IMG/VR virus record: IMGVR_UViG_3300032092_000001
Direction: 5' to 3' (one strand)
DNA from: a virus
Taxonomy: Duplodnaviria > Caudoviricetes
DNA: 64,000 nucleotides
The notes under the pieces are model-generated. The model was not told where the DNA came from and searched no databases. It saw only the letters and a program-made list of their open reading frames with translations. The first letter of the stretch is position 1, and the number at the start of each line of letters is the position of its first letter. Both the position numbers and the translations under genes were made by a program. This document shows, one piece after another, positions 57,001 to 64,000 of this stretch.

Positions 57001-59987
57001 AAGTATCTTCTACCTAACGTAAATGGATTATGATTATAAACTGATTTTGCCTCATATTCAGATATAGTCATACCTGTTAATACTTGGAAGTACTCTATGT
57101 CAGATGGTAATTTACCAACTCCAGTTGAACTTGCATATTCTACTTGAATTGGTCCAGGTGTTGGCCCTGAAGGAGTACTAATACTCCAAACAATATTTTG
57201 AGGAAATCCTGTAATAGTATATGTAGTAGTTTTATTCGCAGAACTTGACCCATTAGTAATAGTAGGGTCAGCATAGGATACTGATAATTGTGTTACTGAC
57301 TTGGTATACCCCGTTGCTCCTGTTTGAGATGTTGTACCTTTAGTATAGTTAATATCTAAAGATTTAGTAGGGTCTTGGAATGTAATTATATCACCTGAAA
57401 CTAAATCGACCTCATCACTATCTAAAACTAAAACCAACACATTATCAAAATGATTAAATTGAGTATTATCATTTGGTAAATTATTATTTGGTTGCCATTT
57501 AACTTTAATCTGATTCCATCCAGTATAATATATTTGCTGTCCATTATATAGAAAACTTTTTTCAAAAAATTTATCTTTAGTATTAAACAAATTGTACAAC
57601 GCCCCCATGTTTAACTGAGGTGACATTATAATACTATCAGCACCTCTAACCTCATCAAAAAAGTAAGTCCATGGTGTATTTGTTGACTCTTTTAGTTCAG
57701 GGTCATCGTTACCTGTTAATACTAAATTTGCAGTTTTTTGCCAATAATCTTTGGTAATATTGTTTATTTGTACAAATTGATTAATTGGGTTTTCTCCGAC
57801 TTGCTGTATATTAGCCTCCGTAGTCGCTGAAACTTCTGTAAAATTAAAACTACTTGAATTTGTCACATCAAAAAGTATCGCAGTCTGTCCATACGAACCT
57901 GTTAATAATGGAGTGGCAACTACAACATTAGAAATGTTACATCTACATCTCTCACACCCATCTTCAGTATAAATTACTAATGGTAATCCAATATTTAAAA
58001 AAGGGTTATCGGGTCTATCTATTGGTTCCCAATCAGGACAATTAATAGTACCAACCCAATTTGGTACAAATTGATTTATTTTATTACAAATTTTTACTAT
58101 TGTCTCTCGTATTCTATTAATAATATTATCAATAACAGGCAATATATTATCATAGACCCAAGCCAAGACATGTACAACGGCAACAATCGCAAATAATAAA
58201 TACGGTAAAACAGACACAACAAAAGACACAAAGAACCAAAGAAAATTTAATCGGAAATGTGAATCGTTAGTTGGAAACTTATTATAGTTACCCTCACAAG
58301 TACTGTCTTGAATATATTTTATTTGAGTAGTATTCCACACAAATCTACTAGTTTGGAACCTATCAATTAAATTACTCACAGTATAAACTTTATTGTAAGA
58401 CATATCATAAAAAGTATCCTTACAATCTATTGCATCTTGGTAATTTGCATAATCATTCCAATCTAAACTAAATGCGTAAGAACCCTCAGCTAAAAACTTC
58501 TGTAATGGTATAGTAATGTAATTAATTATTATTGGTTCATTGACATCCTCAACTTCAAATGTGAATTGATATGGAAAATTTGACGGTCTTAAATTCTTAC
58601 CGTAGTAAACCATACCATTATTTAAAATCTTATAGTTAGTAACATTTTTAACAGATAAAATTCTAACAATAACCGCACTACTAACACTTTTAGACCAAGT
58701 TGTCACACCAACACTTAATTGTTGTGTACTTTCAGTTTCAGAATATGTTTTCTTAATTGGGTCCTCAGTTTCATCATACCACCCATATTCTTTAATATTA
58801 GGAACTAAGTAATACGCTCTTTTAATCTCTTCAGAAAGTTTTGTGGACTGTTGCCACTTAACTTTAAATCTATATTTTCCTCTCGTAGGTATTCCTATAT
58901 TAGGATTATAACTAATTTTTTGGTTACCATATTCATCAGTATAAACATAGTCTAAGTTCATCGGGACTTCTGTCACCCAAACTCCATTCTCGTCAATTAC
59001 TTTACCTCCATTATCCAATTTAAATTCCTCAATAATCGGTAACCCATTTTCATCCAATAATTCAGTTTGTCTAATTGATTCAATACTTCCAGGACCAGGG
59101 ATTAAATCACATAGATTACCCATTTTAACCGAACTTTTACATTTGTTTTGACCTACAATACCTAAAAATTTTGAGTATCCGATTTTTTGAGTATCATTAG
59201 TTGAAAACATTGACCCCATAAAAACTGAAGTAGGTTCAATCTTAATTGCTGCTTCGTTAGTTAAATCAAAATCTGACCTGTAGATATTGTAGTTACAAAT
59301 TTCAGCTTCTCCGAAAAAAGGTGAAACAGTTATAGTTCTTCTTAAACTTACAATTTGAGGTAACTCATCAAAATTAGTTGATGTTTTAAATAAATCTCCA
59401 TCAACCTGAGACTCAATAGCCCTACCCATTCTAATCAAATCTTGGGGGGTTTGTGAGAATGGTCCAATATCAGATAGGTCAACCTGCATGAATAATTCAT
59501 GGTTCCCAACAGGAACACCAAATATCATATAGTCACCTGAATCATTCGTTTGAACTGTAAACTTATAATATTTGTCATAAACTTCAATTACATTTTTATC
59601 AATTAAAACGTCACTTCTATCAGGAAAAGTACCAACAGGTACGTGTCCGCTATGTGAAGATGTGTACGGTAAAAGGTTATATCTATATCCATCATCATTT
59701 ACATCTTGTAAAGTTTTATATGGATATAACGTAGATATAATATCATTGTATAAATCTTCCTCCTCTAAGGGTATGAAAATAGAAACTTTTGCATTAGGGA
59801 TACCAAATCCATTATTGGCAAATACACGACCACAAACAACTCCAAAATCAGAACAATTCCTCGTGTATATTTCATCAGGAGTGACAGTTAACGATAATAC
59901 TTCAAGCGTATCAAAATTTTGTTCTAATTTAACTTGTAAATTTCTATCTTCGTTAAGGTTTGTTCGTATTCTAAAAGATTTCGGCAT
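54048..59987 (-). CDS. Very large baseplate/tail-tip-associated protein
   Basis: 1979 aa; N-terminal GVVCGRV...GIPNAKVSIF (prealbumin/carboxypeptidase-regulatory-like); internal hydrophobic helix. Confidence 0.7.
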   Translation of the reverse strand: MPKSFRIRTNLNEDRNLQVKLEQNFDTLEVLSLTVTPDEIYTRNCSDFGVVCGRVFANNGFGIPNAKVSIFIPLEEEDLYNDIISTLYPYKTLQDVNDDGYRYNLLPYTSSHSGHVPVGTFPDRSDVLIDKNVIEVYDKYYKFTVQTNDSGDYMIFGVPVGNHELFMQVDLSDIGPFSQTPQDLIRMGRAIESQVDGDLFKTSTNFDELPQIVSLRRTITVSPFFGEAEICNYNIYRSDFDLTNEAAIKIEPTSVFMGSMFSTNDTQKIGYSKFLGIVGQNKCKSSVKMGNLCDLIPGPGSIESIRQTELLDENGLPIIEEFKLDNGGKVIDENGVWVTEVPMNLDYVYTDEYGNQKISYNPNIGIPTRGKYRFKVKWQQSTKLSEEIKRAYYLVPNIKEYGWYDETEDPIKKTYSETESTQQLSVGVTTWSKSVSSAVIVRILSVKNVTNYKILNNGMVYYGKNLRPSNFPYQFTFEVEDVNEPIIINYITIPLQKFLAEGSYAFSLDWNDYANYQDAIDCKDTFYDMSYNKVYTVSNLIDRFQTSRFVWNTTQIKYIQDSTCEGNYNKFPTNDSHFRLNFLWFFVSFVVSVLPYLLFAIVAVVHVLAWVYDNILPVIDNIINRIRETIVKICNKINQFVPNWVGTINCPDWEPIDRPDNPFLNIGLPLVIYTEDGCERCRCNISNVVVATPLLTGSYGQTAILFDVTNSSSFNFTEVSATTEANIQQVGENPINQFVQINNITKDYWQKTANLVLTGNDDPELKESTNTPWTYFFDEVRGADSIIMSPQLNMGALYNLFNTKDKFFEKSFLYNGQQIYYTGWNQIKVKWQPNNNLPNDNTQFNHFDNVLVLVLDSDEVDLVSGDIITFQDPTKSLDINYTKGTTSQTGATGYTKSVTQLSVSYADPTITNGSSSANKTTTYTITGFPQNIVWSISTPSGPTPGPIQVEYASSTGVGKLPSDIEYFQVLTGMTISEYEAKSVYNHNPFTLGRRYLQVKDALSNGDMYMFLNQNNTNNNNNPEVSNSFTNKHQVIMWSKDTGYQTSVLPPIWTNQYIGTVTPNQDVNYKNKRILILMRGVDIHSPSIDMKIDLSRLFGKWQYSWNENTVPSAPDPNVKYIIKGQFKMNIPIQASYSTVGSNSISSSNHYLFSNNDATQGGYDKTTKSSIFYKSYLFEYKNLGQNSFQPFKSHMHKYYSGVGPAIFESYANLNWQADLGSQNDSIVGLLNQYREQVYNRLWASGQDSTPVNTGFYPTPSYYSTTTKNLTISNNNFYRKYFTDIYAWTGPYKYFGLNELSSAYNLSTYSWTDRFFTSNYLPNEVVEGAEIFESTHETTQYYALITSPNVSYPDGEFPFTTYPTGKYINKWAPTNWDILDGRRGSQMFSFDYFAPEDPTDISYSTYPLNFSDSRYIVVRTDRLPSSTNMTKFGANSSFLHQNPNFTVFKISSDNEIIPLSNVTQIEVTPPESNQLLAPEYEGVLKSVQDCNYAVLQGCYSFDTTNNVPIISPNCQQLMSYGNVVKFKYGTGCYNLVSSPFDSFRPDIESIKEWAARLKMNLAVCLDVFSHTFSNQYINGALYMYAFKNNRFFNTSNQPFSEYCKDVVYLNDYSNTFYYRSSPYMTDTNTINNGKFIGKPNPVGNSYETGNVRLLGSPTTILDLGPKVIYTQELVFSDDYDGYIMDRLKSTTYQGITQVMNMFILSRITSPTLSKLIVPQSDDPNEGDNDAGVQSLFQNTRWFKNPSNLDLLIPQSVDGDLSQMLSINSEFGMTEFSPENYPGDTVYFGFSNQGVYDGFAMFGIFFTGNTQDRDYITPRRTIWNQNSSFPVNNDYDFTQIPVKTQVVPFYNWKISDFNSSGELQPTTIFGTQKNDWYTDKFGSSSPVYPNQFQSNGYQTMDRLNPTSRYFQSNIVNNKTNYAQNYIINFNTTGGTTYQIPTNSDFSNYFIAGSPFHFYFGLVKGKSALDVFIKKYLNENSIVE

Positions 59988-59998
59988 TGTTTTTTTTT

Positions 59999-60005
59999 AT
60001 AAATA
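59999..60005 (-). promoter_or_regulatory. TATTTAT putative late promoter
   Basis: 11 nt upstream of ATG 59987. Confidence 0.55.
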
Positions 60006-60048
60006 GTTTATTCACTATTTTGAAAAAATAAATGCTCGTCTAATTTTA

Positions 60049-61884
60049 CTATGAAATATTCACAGTTTGAGAATTGATAGTCCTAACCAATATATCAACA
60101 TTAGGATATCTTACTTGGAATATCTGATTTGGTTCAGAATATACTGTATCATTAACCAAACTTATTTGTTTAGTAACATCATTTGAATAACTTTGTGATG
60201 TTTCAGATGATGAATATAATCCACCTACTTTATTAAAGACTGAGACATTGGATACCGATAATACTCCGTTTAATGATTGTATGAGTCTTTTAATTTCTGA
60301 AACATATAATGGTTGCCCCATTTCTCTGTTGGTGGGTTCCATGAAGTTTGTAACTGTGTTTATCACATCGGTAATTACAACTCCTTGGTTTTGGCTTGAA
60401 TCCAAAACTATTGATATGTCAAAAGATAAATCAATAACATTCGCAGCCCCTACTACAACATAATCATTAATCATTCTGTAGTTTGATAAGTAAGATGCCA
60501 CATTATCCAATAAAGTTTGTGAGACAACATCACTTAAATTACCTAAACTATCATAAGTTAATAATGTGACATTAATTTTGTTATCACTCTCAAGTATCGC
60601 AACTTTAGCTGGTGCACCAAATTGAGAAGGCATTTTTCTTAAAATTGACTCGTAATCATTTATTGTAACCGCTCTATTCTGAGAAGAGAAATTAAATCCA
60701 ACTAAATTTCTAACCTCTTCAACTGTCGGTAAGTTAGCACCTCCGATAGCTGGGAAAGGATTAGTACAATTTAAAGAACTTATTACCGAAGTATTAATAG
60801 TCTGAGACGCACCGTTAACTTCAAAGTTAACTTGTCCGATTTGGTTAATAACATTTACACCCAAATTAGTACCTAAACCACCTCCAATTCTGTATTGTAC
60901 AAATAAAGTACTATTAACAGGTATTGTTGACCCGAGTGAGTAATTATTTTGATATTTAGATAAATCCAAAGGTTGACCGCTTCTAGCGAAATCTCGTAAA
61001 ATTTCATCCGTTGATTGACTACCACCACCAAAAGTCATTTTTAAAAATCCTTCAGGTGTATATTCAGTGATAAATCTATTATTTGTCTGAACGTATCTAC
61101 CAACTTTTAACCCAGGGTTATCTGATGACCTTGTTGGGTCCTCAATAAAAATTCTATCCTGTGCCAAAGCGTCAACTTCGTACCATCTATTATTAGCAGA
61201 TAGAAATTCTTGAGCCGAGGGTACATTAGCATAATTGGTACCAGGTTTAACAATAACACTAGTCACACCTATTACATTTTTTTCAGGTAAGAATAATTCA
61301 AAGAAAGGTCTGGAGTCATTAGTATTAATTACCCTTCTAAACACTTTCGTTATCCCATTAACAACCGGTTCTCTTTTAATAATGGTATAATTTATTAAAT
61401 TGTTGTTAGAGTCTCTATTTGGTATTACTAATCTTGGGGTTACTCCATCGTTACTAAATGCCGATGCGAAGTCAATGTCATATATGTTTTCAAAAACCTG
61501 TCCCGCCCCAACAAATTGTGAACCTCTTCTTAACTTACCACAATACGTATTATCAGGTTGGTCCCCAAATGCTGGTACCGTTATACTAAAATCACAAATT
61601 GCAACTGAGGGTCTTAATCCCGGAATCTTTAAACCATAAGTTCTTGCAATGTTATATATTGAAGAACGTTGTTGAGCGTATTGTAATACAGTTTCTTGTA
61701 ACGCTCTGTCTATGTTATAATTTAAGTTATCGGCAACCGCCGCGTTCATATCCAAAAATACAGAAAACACCGAAGCGTCATTTGCGTTTTGAATTAATTC
61801 AGGATAATAACTTTTTACGTAATTAATAAGTTCACTACGAATATTTTGAAAGTCCCTTACAGTATATGATATTTGTTTTGCCAT
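60049..61884 (-). CDS. Baseplate wedge protein (T4 gp6/baseplate J-like)
   Basis: DFQNIRSELINY...; QYRIGGG..TN; AIGGA...TVEEVR; SSQNRAVTINDYE; adjacent to the gp25-like gene. Confidence 0.85.
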   Translation of the reverse strand: MAKQISYTVRDFQNIRSELINYVKSYYPELIQNANDASVFSVFLDMNAAVADNLNYNIDRALQETVLQYAQQRSSIYNIARTYGLKIPGLRPSVAICDFSITVPAFGDQPDNTYCGKLRRGSQFVGAGQVFENIYDIDFASAFSNDGVTPRLVIPNRDSNNNLINYTIIKREPVVNGITKVFRRVINTNDSRPFFELFLPEKNVIGVTSVIVKPGTNYANVPSAQEFLSANNRWYEVDALAQDRIFIEDPTRSSDNPGLKVGRYVQTNNRFITEYTPEGFLKMTFGGGSQSTDEILRDFARSGQPLDLSKYQNNYSLGSTIPVNSTLFVQYRIGGGLGTNLGVNVINQIGQVNFEVNGASQTINTSVISSLNCTNPFPAIGGANLPTVEEVRNLVGFNFSSQNRAVTINDYESILRKMPSQFGAPAKVAILESDNKINVTLLTYDSLGNLSDVVSQTLLDNVASYLSNYRMINDYVVVGAANVIDLSFDISIVLDSSQNQGVVITDVINTVTNFMEPTNREMGQPLYVSEIKRLIQSLNGVLSVSNVSVFNKVGGLYSSSETSQSYSNDVTKQISLVNDTVYSEPNQIFQVRYPNVDILVRTINSQTVNIS

Positions 61885-61885
61885 T

Positions 61886-62350
61886 TTATATATTGATGAT
61901 TACAAAGTCTTTAGAGTTAAAAACATCGTTTGTTATTGTGTATTCAACTTTAACCTTAGCAGTATACTCTTTAGTCCCTCTACCAGGTAAAAGATAAACT
62001 CTTGGGTCCAAATCAGGATTTGTGTTTGCAGCAATTGGGTCCTCTTCTAACTCAACTAAAGGGGTTATTGATATACTATTAATTAGTAAATTAGGTATGT
62101 ATTTCTCAACGGAGTCTTTAATGTCTGATTCAATATCATTAAATGTTGGTCCGTCTAATGGTTCAAATATAAATTCATAAATACGTGTTCCAAAATCAGG
62201 TAAAAAATATCTACTTCCTTTTCTAGTTAAAAGCAAATGAATCAAATTACTTCTTATCTCATCATTTGTAGTTTCAGATAAGGAAAGGTATTTACCAGTT
62301 TTAGAATCTAAAAAAGGAAAATTTATACCGTATGTTATACCATTTGCCAT
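61886..62350 (-). CDS. Baseplate protein, gp25/GPW family
   Basis: IRSNLIHLLLTRKGSRYFLPDFGT.IYEFIFEP. Confidence 0.9.
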   Translation of the reverse strand: MANGITYGINFPFLDSKTGKYLSLSETTNDEIRSNLIHLLLTRKGSRYFLPDFGTRIYEFIFEPLDGPTFNDIESDIKDSVEKYIPNLLINSISITPLVELEEDPIAANTNPDLDPRVYLLPGRGTKEYTAKVKVEYTITNDVFNSKDFVIINI

Positions 62351-62355
62351 ATGAT

Positions 62356-62362
62356 ATAAATA
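62356..62362 (-). promoter_or_regulatory. TATTTAT putative late promoter
   Basis: 5 nt upstream of ATG 62350, at the head of the baseplate operon. Confidence 0.6.
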
Positions 62363-62421
62363 TAATGTCGCGATATTTTAACTAAATAGCGTATAAAATA
62401 AAAAAAATACCTATCTAAGGA

Positions 62422-62613
62422 TTAAATTAATACCACAATTTTACCATTAATAGTTTTCGGTATTCCATTATCGTATTCAAATTCCACAAATTCTTGTTTT
62501 AACAAATATTCAGTTATGTAATCATTGATGGGATAATAACTCAAACAATCAACAATTGGTTTTTCTTTTGAGTTGTACTTATAATACCCAACCTCATAAT
62601 CCCATATCGTCAA
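62422..62613 (-). CDS. Possible small hypothetical protein
   Basis: 3' part of the track ORF 62422-62796 fills a gap; a TTG at 62613 is a possible start; the 5' part overlaps the FMN reductase gene and is probably spurious. Confidence 0.35.
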   Translation of the reverse strand: MTIWDYEVGYYKYNSKEKPIVDCLSYYPINDYITEYLLKQEFVEFEYDNGIPKTINGKIVVLI

Positions 62614-63361
62614 TGAATTTTTTGTGGGACTTTTTGTAAGAAGATTTACTTTCGTCATTAGAATCTGTTGTATATTGCCAATTCCAATATAGTTCCTTGT
62701 TTGGTTCAAATCCATAGAATTTATGAACTTCCATTTGGGTTTCGGTAACATTCTCACCATTCCAGTTTTGACCAACACAAATAAAACCTGTCTCAATACC
62801 TTCGACTATATTCTTTTCACCTAAAGTAGTGTGTCTACTTTCAATCCAATTCAATCTTTCTATAAGATTTTGATAGAACATGTTAGCCTGTCCCCACCTT
62901 ACCGAACTAAAGAATATTACTGCATCAGACTCAAAAAGTTCTTTAGAAACTTTCCATAGTTCGTCAGTTTTATTATTTAAACTTGCCCAACATCTGTGAT
63001 GTCCTGAAGGGTTTTTTTTATCATCTTTAAGTAAAGATTTTAAGATACCACAACTATTACCTTCTTTTCTTGACACATTACCTTCACAAGGAAAAATCTT
63101 GAGTTCTGAAACATCCATAAAAACTGATTTATCCCCAAGTTCTTCATTCAGGTACATAGCGATTAGTTTTGATTTAGGAACATCAATTTGTTTAGGGTCC
63201 CAATTAAACCTATTTGAACAACTTAACAATAAAACTTTTTTCTTGTTTTTTAAAATGTCTAAAGTTTGTTTTAGTTTCTTAGCACCATCATCTTGGACTA
63301 ATTCTTCCAAAAGCATCATTTTTCTTATTTTTTCAATTTCTTCCTGAATAATATTAGACAT
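62594..63361 (-). CDS. Flavodoxin-fold NAD(P)H-dependent FMN reductase-like protein with N-terminal extension
   Basis: VLLLSCSNR, IFPCEG, SDAVIFFSSVRWGQANMFYQNLIERL; extra N-terminal MSNIIQEEIEKIRKMMLLEE. Confidence 0.8.
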   Translation of the reverse strand: MSNIIQEEIEKIRKMMLLEELVQDDGAKKLKQTLDILKNKKKVLLLSCSNRFNWDPKQIDVPKSKLIAMYLNEELGDKSVFMDVSELKIFPCEGNVSRKEGNSCGILKSLLKDDKKNPSGHHRCWASLNNKTDELWKVSKELFESDAVIFFSSVRWGQANMFYQNLIERLNWIESRHTTLGEKNIVEGIETGFICVGQNWNGENVTETQMEVHKFYGFEPNKELYWNWQYTTDSNDESKSSYKKSHKKFIDDMGL

Positions 63362-63365
63362 ACCG

Positions 63366-63372
63366 ATAAATA
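63366..63372 (-). promoter_or_regulatory. TATTTAT putative late promoter
   Basis: 4 nt upstream of ATG 63361, just downstream of the nrdA terminator. Confidence 0.6.
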
Positions 63373-63382
63373 GTTTATAAAC

Positions 63383-63410
63383 AAAAAAAATCCCGACCTA
63401 GCTCGGGATA
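63383..63410 (-). terminator. Intrinsic terminator after nrdA
   Basis: On -: ATCCCGA-GCTAGG-TCGGGAT followed by a T-run. Confidence 0.75.
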
Positions 63411-63432
63411 ACACATCGGATGTTTTAAAAGT

Positions 63433-64000
63433 TTAAGATGAACAACCAAAACAATCAAAATCACTATTCTCAGGTTTTGGTGGTAAGTTCATATAACTGT
63501 AATCTACCTTTGGTGGTTCAGGAGTTGGTTTTGGTTTGTTAATTTTTGAAATATCAACTGCCAAGTGTTTCGCTCCTGTTGAGATTGCCTTTGTTCTAAC
63601 GTAATAACAAAGTGTTTTTAATCCCTTTTCCCATCCATAGAAATGTGATGATGAAATCTTTGACAACGTTGGGTTACCCATATAGATGTTCATTGATTGT
63701 GATTGGTCAATAAATGGTGCTCTATCTGCCGCCATTTCAATCAATGCCTTTTGTGAGATTTCCCAAATTGTTTTATACTTATTAATCAAATGTTCAATTC
63801 TTTTAACCTTTGAGTTGTATTTTTTATCTTCCAAATCAAGGTAATTGTTGAAGTTAATATTTTGAATTGACCCTTCGTTAATAATGATTTCATTCTTCAA
63901 ATCTTCAGACCAAATTCCAATCTTTTCAAAATCACTAATCAAATACTTGTTAACAATCATAATCTCTCCACCGACTACACGTCTGTTAAAGATTGCTGAG
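63433..64000 (-). CDS. nrdA: Ribonucleoside-diphosphate reductase class Ia alpha subunit, 3' part (5' end outside window)
   Basis: Open to the window edge (SAIFNRRVVGGEIMIVN...); TIWEISQK..I.MAADR..FIDQSQSMN; GWEKGLKT..YY.RT; C-terminal CFGCSS redox pair. Confidence 0.95.
   Translation of the reverse strand, partial: SAIFNRRVVGGEIMIVNKYLISDFEKIGIWSEDLKNEIIINEGSIQNINFNNYLDLEDKKYNSKVKRIEHLINKYKTIWEISQKALIEMAADRAPFIDQSQSMNIYMGNPTLSKISSSHFYGWEKGLKTLCYYVRTKAISTGAKHLAVDISKINKPKPTPEPPKVDYSYMNLPPKPENSDFDCFGCSS

Noticed and set aside
46567-62350. Extracellular contractile injection system or prophage instead of a lytic phage
   Set aside because: Baseplate genes are embedded with primase, RNR, Mre11/Rad50, a resolvase and a sigma factor; no integrase or host housekeeping context is seen.
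62395-62425. Possible terminator before the baseplate operon
   Set aside because: T-tract present on - but the stem is only about 3 bp.
2412-63347. Many short antisense or out-of-frame track ORFs (e.g. 2412, 4509, 5358, 9143, 12245, 14249, 23471, 26021-27937, 33385, 42255, 43989, 49232, 59662, 61400, 63099)
   Set aside because: They lie wholly or almost wholly within longer, motif-supported genes and mirror their codon bias; no independent start context.
1-64000. Stop-codon reassignment as seen in some Bacteroidota phages
   Set aside because: Code 11 gives near-complete coding density with intact long genes. TAG and TGA both end genes cleanly (e.g. 40551, 30988).
1-64000. tRNA, rRNA or structured ncRNA genes
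   Set aside because: Intergenic gaps are under about 80 nt and AT-rich; no cloverleaf or long GC-rich stems seen by eye (tRNAscan/Infernal not run).

Overview
AT-rich, gene-dense 64 kb segment of a large (jumbo-type) contractile-tailed bacteriophage, read with the standard code. The host is most likely a Bacteroidota species. Evidence for that: a Bacteroidota-type primary sigma factor, TTG-N19-21-TAnn(T/C)TTn promoters, an Hc1-like small nucleoid protein, SprB-like repeats, signal peptides cleaved before Gln, and A-rich leaders without a Shine-Dalgarno sequence. Layout: (1) 1-2.7 kb, a partial putative head-cargo gene, a Dam-family methyltransferase and small genes. (2) 2.8-16 kb (+), a modular tail-fibre/receptor-binding cluster with beta-repeat fibres, three LamG proteins, a double beta-helix spike and two Gly-rich proteins. 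(3) 16-32.7 kb (mostly -), DnaJ, Hc1-like protein, charged putative head proteins, a degenerate amidase with membrane proteins, sigma factor, Rad50/Mre11-like pair, PD-(D/E)XK nuclease and primase. (4) 32.8-46.6 kb, Cys-rich, Pro/Thr-rich, SprB-repeat and beta-propeller putative virion decoration proteins plus a RuvC-like resolvase. (5) 46.6-62.4 kb (-), a baseplate block including gp6-like and gp25-like genes. (6) A flavodoxin-fold FMN reductase and the 3' end of nrdA. Signals not shown by the ORF track: a TATTTAT motif upstream of 15 putative late-gene starts (one is a bidirectional palindrome), a second host-like promoter class, apparent absence of GATC, a terminator hairpin that buries a start codon, a putative capsid-targeting N-terminal tag on an enzyme, and three unannotated small ORFs. 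All family assignments come from motif recognition by eye; no searches were run.
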